DNA from: Tubiluchus corallicola
Lineage: Eukaryota; Animalia; Priapulida
Direction: 5' to 3'
Length of the DNA: 64,000 nt
NCBI GenBank assembly: GCA_030141605.1
Contig: JAQGDQ010000586.1
Span: 71,131-135,130 of the forward strand
In this document: one piece after another, positions 39,400 to 52,524 of the stretch
Layout: each line of letters begins with the position of its first letter
Position numbering within the stretch: the stretch's first letter is position 1
Made by a program: the position numbers and the translations under genes
Notes under the pieces: model-generated
The model's database searches: none
What the model was told of the DNA's origin: nothing
What the model saw: the letters and a program-made list of their open reading frames with translations, nothing else

Positions 39400-39820
39400 A
39401 ACAATAATAAATGCTAAAGACAACAGTAATCATGCTCACGCTTTTGGGAAAAACCTAGCAAGTCCATTTTTGGACAATTATTGGTATCAGGCATTCTTAG
39501 TAACATGCTGCATTTTATAATACAATAATAAACGCTAAAGTCACCAGTAATTGTGTTCCCGCTTTCGGGAAAAACCTAGCAAGTCCATTTTTGGACAAAA
39601 TTGAGTTATTGGTATCAGGCATTCTTAGTAACATGCTGCATTTTATAATACAATAATAAACGCTAAAATCACCAGTAATCGTGCTCCCACTGTCTGGAAA
39701 AAGGGCATTCTTAGTAACATGCTACATTTTATCATACAATAATAAACGCTAAAGTCACCAGTAATCGTGCTCCCGTTTTCAGGAAAAAGGGCATTCTTAG
39801 TAACATGCTACATTTTATCA
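39400..39820. repeat. Degenerate tandem repeat, ~4 copies of variable length
   Basis: acaataataaacgctaaagtcaccagtaat...ggcattcttagtaacatgct recurs. Confidence 0.8.
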
Positions 39821-40309
39821 TTAAATGATTTATAATAACAATAATTTCGTTTAGGACGTACACATAGTCCAAGGATAACACCTCCAGTAACGTACTTATT
39901 TCCAAGGTGATTCCGGTTATTATTACCTGCACATTACTTCAATAAACCAGCGAGCTTGATTGAAAAATCAGCAGTACCATTTTTCAAGTCTTTAGTATGA
40001 CTCGGTCTAGAGTTGAACCCACGACCTTACGGGCGATAAACGAGAAAACTTTATTTGATCATTCAAAGCCATTTCAGACAAACTAAAAAAACCTAGTAAA
40101 ACCTTTTTAGGCAAACAAAAAACTTTTTAAAACTAGCTGGAGCAGACTTAACTAGGTTTTTCCAAGAAACGTGAGAAATGCGACTAAAACGAGGCATTTT
40201 CTAACCATCTTTTCAATAAGATCCACCACAGTTATCAGAAGGTCTTGAAAACGACTACCAGAGAATGGTGCAATTTTCTCCAATCTACGTTGCCGTTATC
40301 ACCCGTTCG

Positions 40310-40400
40310 TTAGGTAACGGAAAAGGCGTGAAGGTTGCCAAGTCTGCTGAGTCCACTCTGAATGTGGTTGACGTGAATCTCCACATAATTTTGAAATATT
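40310..40400 (-). CDS. LIN9: LIN9, last coding exon
   Basis: cttgcag|A ATA...; IFQNYVEIHVNHIQSGLSRLGNLHAFSVT*, matching the LIN9 C-terminal FQNNVEIHVAHIQSGLSQMGNLHAF. AATAAA on the minus strand at 40055-40050. Confidence 0.93.
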
Positions 40401-41009
40401 CTGCAAGAGGAAGTATTGAAATTGATTCTTATGCATTCGTAAAGCAAAACCGGACCCCAATTGTAAACTGTAGGTCAAAACAATTTACTCTTTAGGAAAC
40501 ATACTATTACCATACATCACGTTCAAATATCTCAACAAGATAAATAATTAGACACGGTGTGGAATATCAGACAGATTTCTCCCGAATGAGTTTCCTGGAA
40601 GACACCCACACAGTTTCTGCTTGATCCAGTGTTGCTCAATACCACCGCATCACAGCCTGGACACTTTTAATCAAGAAATGGGCATAGAAATAATCTCTTC
40701 AATCCAAAACATACTGCTAATGGCTAAACAATACTTAAAGGGAAACTGAACCCATCTTAAACTATAGCTCAAAACATTCTACCCCATTGAAGGGGAAAAG
40801 TTTTTCAGGAATAACTTACATGAAAGAATTATTACCACACAAACACAATTTCACATTCGTGCCGCTAGTTCTTCGCCTTTACATGCATTTCACCATTTGC
40901 TAGTTACCCGCGCACTAGCGCCTGCATTTCAAAAACGTGTTGCACAGAAACAGGTGCTGTACCTCTCAGTTCAGATGTGTTAGTTTCTTACGAACTGCAC
41001 ACGTTCGAC

Positions 41010-41598
41010 AGCTAAAGCTATTTCCCATTGCCTGTTCACCAATCCATTTACTAAAGTGGGTCCTGTACTGCTTAACTTAGTAGCCAAGCATACCAAGACA
41101 GCTCAAGCTATTTCCCCTTGCCTAAAATCTAAGAGGAGATACAGTGCTGGTCACCAATCCATTTACTAAACTGGGTCCTGTACTGCTTAACTTAGTAACC
41201 AAGCATACCAAGACAGCTCAAGCTATTTCCCATTGCCTGTTCACCAATCCATTTACTAAACTGGGTCCTGTGCAGCTTAACTTAGTAACCAAGCACACCA
41301 AGACAGCTCAAGCTATTTCCCATTGCCTGTTCACCAATCCATTTACTAAACTGGGTCCTGTACTGCTTAACTTAGTAACCAAGCACACCAAGACAGCTCA
41401 AGCTATTTCCCATTGCCTGTTCACCAATCCATTTACTAAAGTGGGTCCTGTGCAGCTTAACTTAGTAACCAAGAACACCAAGACAGCTCAAGCTATTTCC
41501 CCTTGCCTGTTCACCAATCCATTTACTAAAGTGGGTCCTGTACTGCTTAACTTAGTAACCAAGCACACCATGGCCCCTCAAGCTATTTCCCCTTGCCC
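41010..41598. repeat. 90-bp tandem repeat, ~6 copies, in the last LIN9 intron
   Basis: agctatttccc recurs at 41221, 41311, 41401, 41491 and 41581. Confidence 0.95.
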
Positions 41599-41613
41599 TA
41601 ACACCACACTTAC

Positions 41614-41708
41614 CGTTGATTTGGAGGTTCTAACGTTGTTTTGATGTCTTCCATGGCGTCGGACAGTGACTTAAAATCAAACGAGGTCAGTTCGTTCTGT
41701 GACAGTGA
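41614..41708 (-). CDS. LIN9: LIN9 exon
   Basis: ttgtag|TCA; SLSQNELTSFDFKSLSDAMEDIKTTLEPPNQ; donor GTAAGT; phases 0/2. Confidence 0.9.
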
Positions 41709-42709
41709 CTACAATAACAAAAAATACAAAATACTAAAACTTTCATTTCCTAAAACTTTATACCGGTATGTCCTAATTTTGTCGTATTTCCAACAAATAT
41801 TTTAAAATGTTAAAATTATTAAAGATATAATTTTAAAATTAGCTCAAGAAAAATACTTTTTATAAATTAAGCTGAATAAAATGTTCCTTGTGAAATTTTA
41901 TATCACACGCTGTCTTACTGCTTACAGGGCTTGTCTGGGCAGTAAAGCTGTACAAAACTTGTAAACTTTTTACCATTTGGCACAATATATTTTAAATTAT
42001 TATGCATTTTCTTTTCCGATTGTATAAGCTGTGAGGATTTTTCCTGAAATTCAAACACCAGGTGGCAGTAGTATACGGCAGGTGTGAGCGTAGACACTAA
42101 AGTGGCAAGGCTTAATGTGTGAACTGAGACGCTCATTTTTGTTACTGTGTTTGCCAAATATTTGTATTTTTTCTTTGTCTTGTCTTAGTGCTACACTTAT
42201 TTCAGCTAACTATATGCTGCTATGATGTGAGTAATTAAGAAAATTACACCACCCTTTTTTGAACTTCCAAATTTGCATTCACACGTCAGAAAACGTGCTA
42301 TAATACTTTAGCTTACAATTTTACTATTTAATCACCTATGTATTTTGCATTTGAGTATTTTTTGCTATCAGAATATTTTGTTTCGACTTATTAGGCTCAA
42401 ACTTTATGTCTGTTTTTCTCAATTTAACCCCTATAGGGTCACCGGTGGGGTAAAAAATTACCCCCAGACCGGTTTTTTGCATTTTAGCCTTTTAACATAC
42501 GCATCCCAGTAAACCTTTTCTATGACTTTTATAAATATGTTTTGTGCACAAAATACTTTCAGTTATTTATTTTAGGCGCATTGTCTCACCACGAAATAAA
42601 AGTGAAAATGCAATATGTCGATTTTTTAAAATTGTCGAAAAGGTAAATCTTACCTGTATCTGTAGCATCAGCGATATAAGATGACTGATCAAGCCAAGGT
42701 AAATCTTAC

Positions 42710-42883
42710 CTGTATCTGCAGCATCAGTGATGTAAGATGACTGATCAAACCTCGGACGTTCCTGTTTTTCACAGTAAATTCGTGGTTAATCTGAGCAACT
42801 ATGCCGTCAGCTTCACCGCTGCAATGCTCCTTCACAGCAATGGGATGTCTGACCGGTTCCTCAAGGCCGTACTCCGGTGCTAG
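42710..42883 (-). CDS. LIN9: LIN9 exon
   Basis: cttacag|CTA; LAPEYGLEEP...HCSGEADGIV...LISHLTSLMLQIQ; donor GTAAGA; 174 nt. Confidence 0.92.
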
Positions 42884-42952
42884 CTGTAAGAATTAAATCA
42901 GATCACCATTATAATCTAAATGAATAAACAACCCGAGTTAATAGGTGCTAGA

Positions 42953-43240
42953 AGGCCCAGTGGTCGAGTGGTACAGCGCTCGGCTGCCAACCATCCAGGC
43001 TCTGGGTTCAAATCTCACTCATATCAGAGTTTTCCAGCCATGTTCCACTGAAGCAGGACTTTATGGTCACTTTCCTTGGAGTACTCAGGCTCGATTAACT
43101 AACTAAAGTACTCAGGCTTGATTAACTATCTAATCATGAATTGTGGGTAGAAAAGCAGCCAATCAAAGAGCTAGCCACTTGTTGTTGTGCACAGGGTTCG
43201 TAAATAGATGGCAGCACCATCTATTTCCCAATTTCCCATT
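42953..43240 (+). mobile_element. tRNA-derived SINE
   Basis: A box TGGTCGAGTGG and B box GGTTCAAATC, no acceptor-stem closure, and an unrelated body ending in the hairpin tagatggcagcaccatcta. Confidence 0.6.
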
Positions 43241-43534
43241 GTTCTAAAATACTAATCTAATCCACTTGGTTCAGAATCGACCTTGTATACAAACATTTAT
43301 GTTTCGCACGGAATAAGCAAATATTTTTATTACGTTCAGGTACACAAAGCTCTCAAATCACATCTAGTGTCATCAAGCCAAAATTTTGCCCTTTTATTAA
43401 TGTTCATAAGCATTGCTGAAGAACACAAACGGAAGAGCATTGCTGTAAGACATTATTGCGCACTTAACATCAAATGCAGACAGAATTGGTTGCATTGTTA
43501 TACATAGTAATGCAATGTTAAGCAAATACACATA

Positions 43535-43851
43535 CAGTCAACCCTCGTTAAACCAGACTAATTTCCCGGTTTAGCTGATTGTCCGATTTATCAGATATAC
43601 CTATAAATGGTGTATATTATGCAGGAATAATCACCTTAATAAGGCCTATATACATTGCACTATATACTATACTGTATATTACTTTAAAATAGTTAACCTG
43701 TGAGGATAAAGAAATTATTGTACAGTTGGTAGGCCGTGTTGTGTTCAGCGCTCGGGCTCGGACGGAAATCGGTCAGTTTCCATTACCACGGATGACGTCC
43801 GTCTTATCTGATATCCAGGCTAACAGGGTCCGGTTTAACGAGGGTTGACTG
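43535..43851. mobile_element. pogo/Tc1-mariner-type MITE
   Basis: TA-CAGTCAACCCTCGTTAAACC...GGTTTAACGAGGGTTGACTG-TA. Confidence 0.9.
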
Positions 43852-44069
43852 TACAATTTTAACACGCCATGGAATTTGTCAAATCAAACCTCGTTATAAT
43901 GCCAACCTTGCTTAATGTCCATATTTTTGGAAAAATAAAATATCTATCTTTGCATAGACATGAACATATTAATGCACCTCGTTACGACGCCAAACTTTCT
44001 TAATGCCTGCCAAATATTTTCAGTCCCAAAGTAGGCAGTATAAGGTCTTTTAACTGTATTTATAAGTTT

Positions 44070-44529
44070 CAGGGATGAAAATTTTCTGCGGATACGCGGA
44101 ATTCCGAGTTTTTGGAAGACCAATAGTGCCATTTTTGTAAATCGCGTGAATTCGTTGAGAAAATTTTTACGGACCCAGTACATTATTTCACAAGCTGATC
44201 GCTAGTTGGCAGGCCGTCACTTTGTTTACATCACGTACATCAGTGTAACCACATGTATATCTCTATGTATAAAAATATAGAATCAATTGTGCGGAGTTAT
44301 TTGAGTCAATTGCAGACAGCTTTTATATACTTTTGCATAGGAGCGGCACGTACTTAGGCGTTTTTGAGACAATTAGGTATCATGTATCCTTGATAGTTGA
44401 GTATTTTAAATTATGCATGAAACAAGGTAACTGATATTTTAAGTCAACTTAGAGGCTCTCTATGGTCTACTCGGCCCCAAACCCCCGGCCTATTTCAGAG
44501 TATTTTGCAATTTGTCATTCTCATCCCTG
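44070..44529 (+). mobile_element. hAT-like MITE family F, copy 2
   Basis: CAGGGATGA...TCATCCCTG; near-identical to 30383-30885. Confidence 0.85.
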
Positions 44530-44596
44530 AAGTTTAAGAGTATGGTTGGAACGATGCAACTTCTGTGTGATGTACAAACAAGCATTACTGGCAGAC

Positions 44597-46401
44597 AGCT
44601 AACAGATTGTTGTAGAAAGGGAACATACGGTTTTACAGTACTGCTGACAGATTGTTGTAGAAAGACTACATACGGTTTTACAGTACTGCTGACAGATTGT
44701 TGTAGAAAGACTACATACGGTTTTACACTACTGCTGACAGATTGTTGTAGAAAGACTACATACGGTTTTACAGTACTGCTGACAGATTGTTGTAGAAAGA
44801 GTACATACGGTTTTACAGTACTGCTGACAGATTGTTGTAGAAAGAGTACATACGGTTTTACAGTACTGCTGACAGATTGTTGTAGAAAGAGTACATACGG
44901 TTTTACAGTACTGCTGACAGATTGTTGTAGAAAGAGTACATACGGTTTTACAGTACTGCTGACAGATTGTTGTAGAAAGAGTACATACGGTTTTACAGTA
45001 CTGCTGACATATTGTTGTAGAAAGACTACATACGGTTTTACAGTACTGCTGATATATTGTTGTAGAAAGAGAACATACGGTTTTACAGTACTGCTGACAG
45101 ATTGTTGTAGAAAGAGTACATACGGTTTTACAGTACTGCTGACAGATTGTTGTAGAAAGAGTACATACGGTTTTACAGTACTGCTGACAGATTGTTGTAG
45201 AAAGAGTACATACGGTTTTACAGTACTGCTGACAGATTGTTGTAGAAAGAGTACATACGGTTTTACAGTACTGCTGACAGATTGTTGTAGAAAGAGTACA
45301 TACGGTTTTACAGTACTGCTGACAGATTGTTGTAGAAAGAGTACATACGGTTTTACAGTACTGCTGACAGATTGTTGTAGAAAGAGTACATACGGTTTTA
45401 CAGTACTGCTGACAGATTGTTGTAGAAAGAGTACATACGGTTTTACAGTACTGCTGACAGATTGTTGTAGAAAGAGTACATACGGTTTTACAGTACTGCT
45501 GACAGATTGTTGTAGAAAGAGTACATACGGTTTTACAGTACTGCTGACAGATTGTTGTAGAAAGAGTACATACGGTTTTACAGTACTGCTGACAGATTGT
45601 TGTAGAAAGAGTACATACGGTTTTACAGTACTGCTGACAGATTGTTGTAGAAAGAGTACATACGGTTTTACAGTACTGCTGACAGATTGTTGTAGAAAGA
45701 GTACATACGGTTTTACAGTACTGCTGACAGATTGTTGTAGAAAGAGTACATACGGTTTTACAGTACTGCTGACAGATTGTTGTAGAAAGAGTACATACGG
45801 TTTTACAGTACTGCTGACAGATTGTTGTAGAAAGAGTACATACGGTTTTACAGTACTGCTGACAGATTGTTGTAGAAAGAGTACATACGGTTTTACAGTA
45901 CTGCTGACAGATTGTTGTAGAAAGAGTACATACGGTTTTACAGTACTGCTGACAGATTGTTGTAGAAAGAGTACATACGGTTTTACAGTACTGCTGACAG
46001 ATTGTTGTAGAAAGAGTACATACGGTTTTACAGTACTGCTGACATATTGTTGTAGAAAGAGTACATACGGTTTTACAGTACTGCTGACATATTGTTGTAG
46101 AAAGAGTACATACGGTTTTACAGTACTGCTGACAGATTGTTGTAGAAAGAGTACATACGGTTTTACAGTACTGCTGACAGATTGTTGTAGAAAGAGTACA
46201 TACGGTTTTACAGTACTGCTGACAGATTGTTGTAGAAAGAGTACATACGGTTTTACAGTACTGCTGACAGATTGTTGTAGAAAGAGTACATACGGTTTTA
46301 CAGTACTGCTGACAGATTGTTGTAGAAAGAGTACATACGGTTTTACAGTACTGCTGACAGATTGTTGTAGAAAGACTACATACGGTTTTACAGTACTGCT
46401 G
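44597..46401 (-). repeat. 45-bp satellite, 40 copies, built from a LIN9 exon end plus splice donor
   Basis: Minus-strand unit CAGCAGTACTGTAAAACC|GTATGTACTCTTTCTACAACAATCTGT; the last copy is the real exon boundary. Confidence 0.97.
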
Positions 46402-46509
46402 CGCACCCAGCAGATGCTCGTTCAAACTCTTATTCAAAGCGTCCAGCTCCAGCACGACGTGCGCAAATCGTTTCTGGAAGTTCGACTCAATCGGCTTCTG
46501 TTGCGATTT
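46384..46509 (-). CDS. LIN9: LIN9 exon (coiled-coil region)
   Basis: ttctag|AAA; KSQQKPIESNFQKRFAHVVLELDALNKSLNEHLLGAQQYCKT resembles LIN9 KS..PI..FQRRYA.IVLELEQLNKDLN..L..VQQYC; 126 nt, phases 0/0. Confidence 0.93.
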
Positions 46510-46856
46510 CTAGAATCAAATCAAGAAAGATCCAGATTTCGGTAGAAATTAAGACATGACAGGGAAAGAACACATTTGTTAGTTCACTAAAAACCAAAGT
46601 TTCCTATCCACACGTCCACACGCAATTTTAATATCCTATTTACTACAGTTATAAATCTATAAGCTTTGTAAACTGTATATTTTTATACGAAATAAACTCA
46701 TAAAAATAATAATATATACAGTATAATATCATTAATACAAACATGGTTTATTGTTCATGCATTAGCAATGCGAACTTATGTAAAAAAGAACGAACTTCCA
46801 TCATTTATTTAATTAATATAATACCATTCAATGTAATGTAATGTAAAATTTATATA

Positions 46857-47328
46857 CAGTCTAGCCTCGTTATCTCGCCCCTCGTTATGCCGCCAAACTC
46901 GTCTCTCGCCATAGAAAGCACCAGGACGGATTTCCTGCTTTGATGTTTACCTCGTTAAGTCGCCACCCTCGCTTCTCGCCCTCGCCACGTCATGCTAGGA
47001 TAAGTGCTTATGTAAACTATATTCGTTACGTCGCCAAACAGACAAACTCAGAGGTGAATCGATCAATACATATACCGCGTGTCGATCAATATAACCGCAG
47101 TCTGTAGACAATGCTGCTGTACTACGCGATCGCAAAATGTCGTCATCACTGATGCTGTTTTGCACGAAAAGGCCAAGCACTTTGGAAATGAACTGGGCAT
47201 AACCGACTTCCAGTACTCTAACGGATGGCTGCAACGTTTCAAGTTGAGGTTCTCGTTATCTCGCCATACTCGCCTCTCGCCAAAAATTTGCCCTAGACGG
47301 ACAGTGGCGAGATAACGAGGCTAGACTG
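46857..47328 (+). mobile_element. Tigger/pogo internal-deletion derivative retaining a CENP-B-type HTH fragment
   Basis: TA-CAGTCTAGCCTCGTTATCTCGCC TIRs; ITDAVLHEKAKHFGNELGITDFQYSNGWLQRFKLR. Confidence 0.9.
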
Positions 47329-48126
47329 TATATATATATATCACACTACATCATTTAAAATCTCGGCACGCTGAACAATAAAACACATTTAAAATTCATA
47401 AGAATCATACAAAAATTTAAGATATTAAAAAATTTTAAATAATTCATCATAAAAAGTACAATTTAAACAAATTTGTTTTAAGATGTTGTTTAAAACAATC
47501 CAATGAATTTGTAGAACGTGTAGCAACAGGTAAGTTATTCCAGAGACGGAAAAAGCTTTTTCATCATAGAATACTGCATTAGGAATTGGCTATTGTGTAC
47601 TGCAGGCTTTTCGTCTGACCCAATAGTTTGCACTGCTACATACTTAGAGCTTATTACTGCATATTTACCTTTGCCAGCCATTTGCAAATTAATTTACAGT
47701 TTACATTAATTAAATTACAGTTTAAATTAATTTAATTTGAATTAAATTAAGTTTCGTCTACAGTGAAGAAATCAGATTCAAAGTCTGAAATCATGTCACT
47801 TGTAGTCAGAATCACTACTGTCACGGACTCCACGGGACGAATTTTTAAGAATTTAAATGATTTCAATTTTTTTAGACATTACAAGACAAGAAAAAACAAG
47901 CAATTACTAACTAAAGTACGCGCGGCTGGTGCGATCGTATTCAAAATTCGTGATATTTGCGAGAATTTGCAGCTATTGGTAGCCGATATTATCTGGTAGT
48001 TACAAAACTTTCTCACTTACTATTCGGTTTCATTATAGGCCACGTTTGTGTTTGACAAAAATTTTACGCACATTTACTCTTCGTCTGTGTGCGGCAGTAC
48101 ATGTGTCTGTAGCATAGCCAACTTGA

Positions 48127-48660
48127 AGGAAAACCGCTCGATTGTTTAGACTCAATCTCATTTTAATTTACTGTCCAAAATACATATTTTCTTGCTTGTA
48201 AAAGTTAGCAATTGTTTCTTATATTTGAATAATTAGCTTAGAAACCGAACACAGCTATTGCTTACGTCAGAAACTAAACACAGTTTGTGCAAAGACAGGC
48301 GTCTTCCGTTGCGCATCAAGCACATTTGCATAAGTGTTACAGTACTGTTTAAACGCGTGATGTCACGAAAAATGAGCTCTACATCATACGACATCAGAAA
48401 CTAACACTGCAGTTCATGATCATGCTTATCACGGTACCGCCTTCTATTTGTCGGCAATGCGCATGTGACAAAAAGGCACCAGTGCCAATGTTAGTAGATT
48501 CACTGAACCGCACGTAGCTTTGAAAGTTTAACGAAATTTGAGTATCTGAGGTAATTATTATTTAATCTAAGCTTTGATTTAAAATAAGCTATTGTAGTTT
48601 TCAATATTTTAGAGCATTCTTTATTCTGAAGTCGTGTTTACACAATCATCCGGTTTTCCT
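48127..48660 (+). mobile_element. MITE family B, copy 2
   Basis: AGGAAAACCG...CGGTTTTCCT-TTAA; homologous to 19822-20582. Partial inverted copy at about 51455-51642. Confidence 0.82.
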
Positions 48661-48827
48661 TTAACAGCGTGTGCATAAGCTAGGGTTATTTAAGAACAGT
48701 GACTAAAACAAGGCCCTAAAATTTGCAGATAATTACTACATTTCACTATACAAACGAATGTACCAGAATATTTCCTATTAGAATCTACCTAGTTATAAAC
48801 CCGAATCCGGAAATCAATTTAAAGATA

Positions 48828-49293
48828 CAGTCAATCTCGGATATAAGGGACACTTCCCGACCGGAAAAAAACGTCCCTTATATCCGATGTCCCTTATAGC
48901 CGAAGCCGAGGGTGCATCTAGACCTGCACTTTTACCCATATTTTTATGGATTATTGTTACACATTCAGTGCAAACGGTATGTAGGAAGAATCTCCTTCAG
49001 TGATGCGAGATGTATGTGACCGTGGAAACTGAGCTGTTTGAAGGCCGAGTTTGCGAAAAATGAGGTTAAAAATCGATCAATTTTGCTTTGATCATGGGGT
49101 CCCTTATATGCGAGGTAATTTACCTGGGTTTCTATTACACGGGATCTGAAGACATCGTCCCTTATAACCGAAAGTCACTTATATTCGAGTACCATATATA
49201 CGAAGATTTTTATAAGAAAAATCGGGACCAGTGTTGATGGTCCCTTATAAGAGTGTCCATTATAAGCAAGTACCTTATACCCGAGATTGACTG
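48828..49293 (+). mobile_element. pogo/Tc1-mariner-type MITE
   Basis: TA-CAGTCAATCTCGGATATAAGG...CCTTATACCCGAGATTGACTG-TA. Inverted, internally duplicated and truncated copy at about 56910-57410. Confidence 0.88.
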
Positions 49294-49384
49294 TATATCC
49301 GGTATTCACTATCCGGTAAAAATCTGCATCCGGAGTGTAAAACCACTAAACGTAACAGCAAAAGTGAAAACGAACAGAACTTAC

Positions 49385-49465
49385 CATTTTCTCTGCCTCG
49401 CCGTTCATTTCCTTCAGTGTCGCGACTAGAGACCTTTTCTGATTTAAAATTTTCGTCAACTTTGT
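49385..49465 (-). CDS. LIN9: LIN9 exon
   Basis: tttcag|ACA; TKLTKILNQKRSLVATLKEMNGEAEKM (compare TRLSKIL..K......LREMNTEAEKL); donor GTAAGT. Confidence 0.92.
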
Positions 49466-49744
49466 CTGAAATCATAGAACGCAAAGAAACGGACGAGTTT
49501 AGTATGTTCAACGCAAAATTCTGATTTGCAAACAAACAATGTTTTACTAACGTAATTAAAATCCGATTCACAGCCTACAAAAAAAATTCAAGATAAGATA
49601 GAGTTCATCAGATTTCGCAGCAATTACTGATGTATACAATGAGACGGTATGTCAAGAAAAATTCTTTTAGCTTTATATATTATAGATAAAGGGTTTTCTT
49701 GTACTTTAAAAACAAGTGGTCTAATCACAAGTCTATCTCCTGTG

Positions 49745-50440
49745 TTTACTCACAACTTACTCAGTTTACTCATCACTCACACAGTTTACTCATAACTCAC
49801 ACAGTTTACTCATAACTCACTCAGTTTACTCATAACTAACTCAGTTTACTCAAAGCTCACATTTACTCATAACTCACTCAGTTTACTCAAAACTCACTTC
49901 AGTTCACTCAAAAATCACACCGTTTACTCATAGCTCACTCAGTTTACTCATAACTCACTCAGTTTACTCAAAACTCACATAGTTTACTCATAACTCACAC
50001 AGTTTACTCATAACTCATGCAGTTTATTCAAAGCTCACTCAGTTTACTCATAGCTCACTCAGTTTACTCATAACTCACTCAGTTTACTCATAACTCACTC
50101 AGTTTTGCTCATAACTCACACAGTTGACTCAAAACTCACACAGTTTACTCATAACTCATGCAGTTTACTCATAACTCACACAGTTTGCTAATAACTTACT
50201 CAGTTTACTCAGAACTCACGCAATTTACTCATAACTCACACCATTTACACATCACTTACTCAGTTTACTCAGAACTCACGCAGTTTACTCATAACTCATG
50301 CAGTTTACTCATAACTCACACAGACTATGCATAACTCACACCATTTACACACCACTTACTCAGTTTACTCATAACTCACTCAGTCTACTCATAACTCACT
50401 CAATTACGCCCATCACTCACACAATTTACTCACACCTCAC
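49745..50440. repeat. 20-bp minisatellite (cagtttactcataactcact)
   Basis: More than 30 degenerate copies seen. Confidence 0.93.
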
Positions 50441-50776
50441 ACACTTGCAACACAATGCGTCTGAAATCCGAACTGTCGGCATCTTACGACGAATGCGACT
50501 CTTTGACAATATCATCACCAGCCGTCTTCCCCGGGCGAAACTTGAATATAAGCTACGCCACAGTGGGCACATGATGAAGTTTAGATGTTCATCAAAAAAA
50601 ATCAGAACGGACTAAAAAGGTGATTTGAAAATTCTGTTGATTTTTAATCCTCCAGCAAAGTTTACGTAATTAGCTCGATAACAACAAAAAAATAAGAATT
50701 AAATTTGTAGCCATCATCAATTCACCGCCAAGTGACTAATAATAAAAGTTAAATAAGCTTAACATCTAAAACGTAC

Positions 50777-50884
50777 CAACAAAAACAGAAATCGCACTGG
50801 ATATCCACCGTAATTTGTATCGTTGTCCAGATGCTGGATGATTTCCGACTTCCTGGGCGATCCGGGTAAAAGCGGATCGTTGTC
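50777..50884 (-). CDS. LIN9: LIN9 exon
   Basis: ttacag|GAC; DNDPLLPGSPRKS...GGYPVRFLFLL (compare DNDPLLGQSP...GGFPVEFL); donor GTACGT. Confidence 0.92.
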
Positions 50885-51913
50885 CTGTAAACCGGAAAAT
50901 GTTATATGCGTCACTCTAAAGAGACAGACGTCCCAACACGAACGAATCAGAAACAAAACGGAAAAACAAGAGAAGAAGAAAGAGCAGTTGTTTGTTTATT
51001 GATCAAACGAACTCTCAACAAGGAAAAGTGCGACAGTAATGTGCGGTACAGTGCGGTTTTGCGGTATACCCTGAGTAGACTAAAAAATGAAGCATCAATG
51101 AACTCGAGCTAGATGTGTGAAAGTAGAGACAGGGGCGTCGTGCACCAATAAAAATTAGGGGAGCCCGACTGTATATAATGTCCGAACTTAACTGTTTAAA
51201 AAACGTATAATTTTGAATTCCCACACCAGTATTTTGCGTGCAAGAAAAACGATTTATTTATTCACAACTGGGATTTAATTTAAAGCTATAGCAACGGAAA
51301 CTTAATTAAAATTAAAAATTACTTGACTGTTGATAATGACTACATTTTTTCTAAGTGTAAGGAGACGCATCACAATTTAATCAGAGAGAATCGGCTTTCT
51401 AATCCAGCTAACACTGCAAGTGTTTATCTAGGGGGAAGCAATATCATTGGCCCACCATTGCACAAACTGTGGTTAGTTTCTGACGTAAGCAACAGCTGTG
51501 TTCAGTCGCTGTTAATTAATTTTCTAAGCTAATTATTAAAATATAAGAAACAATTGTTAACTTTTACACGCAAGAAAATGTATATTTTGGACAGTAAATT
51601 AAAATGAGATTGAGTCTAAACAATCGTCCGGTCTTTCTTTAAAGTTTTATCATTGTAATTTGTCTTCTCATGTAAAAGTAAAACTTTTCCCATTGTACAA
51701 AATACAGTTTAAAAACCTATACAGATTGCTTATCTCGTACCATACCGTTCTTAACATATGCATAATAATCAACCCGAAACCCACATAAAATGATATTAAC
51801 GTATGATCTACATTCGAGGTAATTTAGCTTTCACGTAAAAAGCTGGAATATCATCAAAAAAGTAAACATCATTTCATACAGGCTACAAAAAATCAATAAC
51901 TACAGATACGCAC

Positions 51914-52027
51914 CAGTTGAGGTAAATCTCCCACGACGGGTCGAGGCGGAGATGCAAAGGGAAGGCGTACGCATCGTTCGCGCTCTATAAACGAAGACAA
52001 CGGCACGGACTCCGCCTCGTCAATACC
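51914..52027 (-). CDS. LIN9: LIN9 exon
   Basis: ttgtcag|GGT; GIDEAESVPLSSFIERERCVRLPFASPPRPVVGDLPQL; donor GTGCGT; phases 0/0 fit both neighbours. Confidence 0.85.
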
Positions 52028-52524
52028 CTGACAAGATAAAAAAAGTAGACTTGAATTAACTTTCTGGTCGTTTTCAATTACACCAACAAAACAGAGCTAA
52101 CAAGGGTCACCATAAAAAAGTTGCTTTTAAAAAACTAGGGATGTGCCGTATCCGGTTCCTGATCCAGAAATTTTAATGGGCGAAGATCCGGCAAAAATGT
52201 TCGTCGGATTTTGCACTGTTTGCATTTCTATTTCTCTGTGCGTAAAACTAACAACTTCAAACCGATTGTGAAAAAAATTAGAGTGGGTAAAAAAATATAC
52301 AAAATTGCTGAATAGTCTTAATTTTTTTAAAAAAATAACGGATTTCTGTTTAAACCTTCATAAATTTACAAAAGAATCACTTGGTTTTTATGCCGCCATG
52401 CTTGTAGCGCAAGAAATACCAGTAATCTTCATGTTGCGGTTCCGTGCAGCAACGAACTTCCAAGAAGAGCGCTACTGCTGCAAATTGTCTGCTAAAAATC
52501 TAGAGTCTACTCCCACTGTCTACT

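Noticed and set aside
42953-43025. tRNA gene
   Set aside because: A and B boxes are present, but I cannot fold a complete cloverleaf and no poly-T terminator follows, so it is called a SINE head.
44490-46545. ORFs of 575-677 aa on both strands
   Set aside because: They are products of a 45-bp stop-free repeat. Only the minus frame contiguous with the LIN9 exon has possible meaning.
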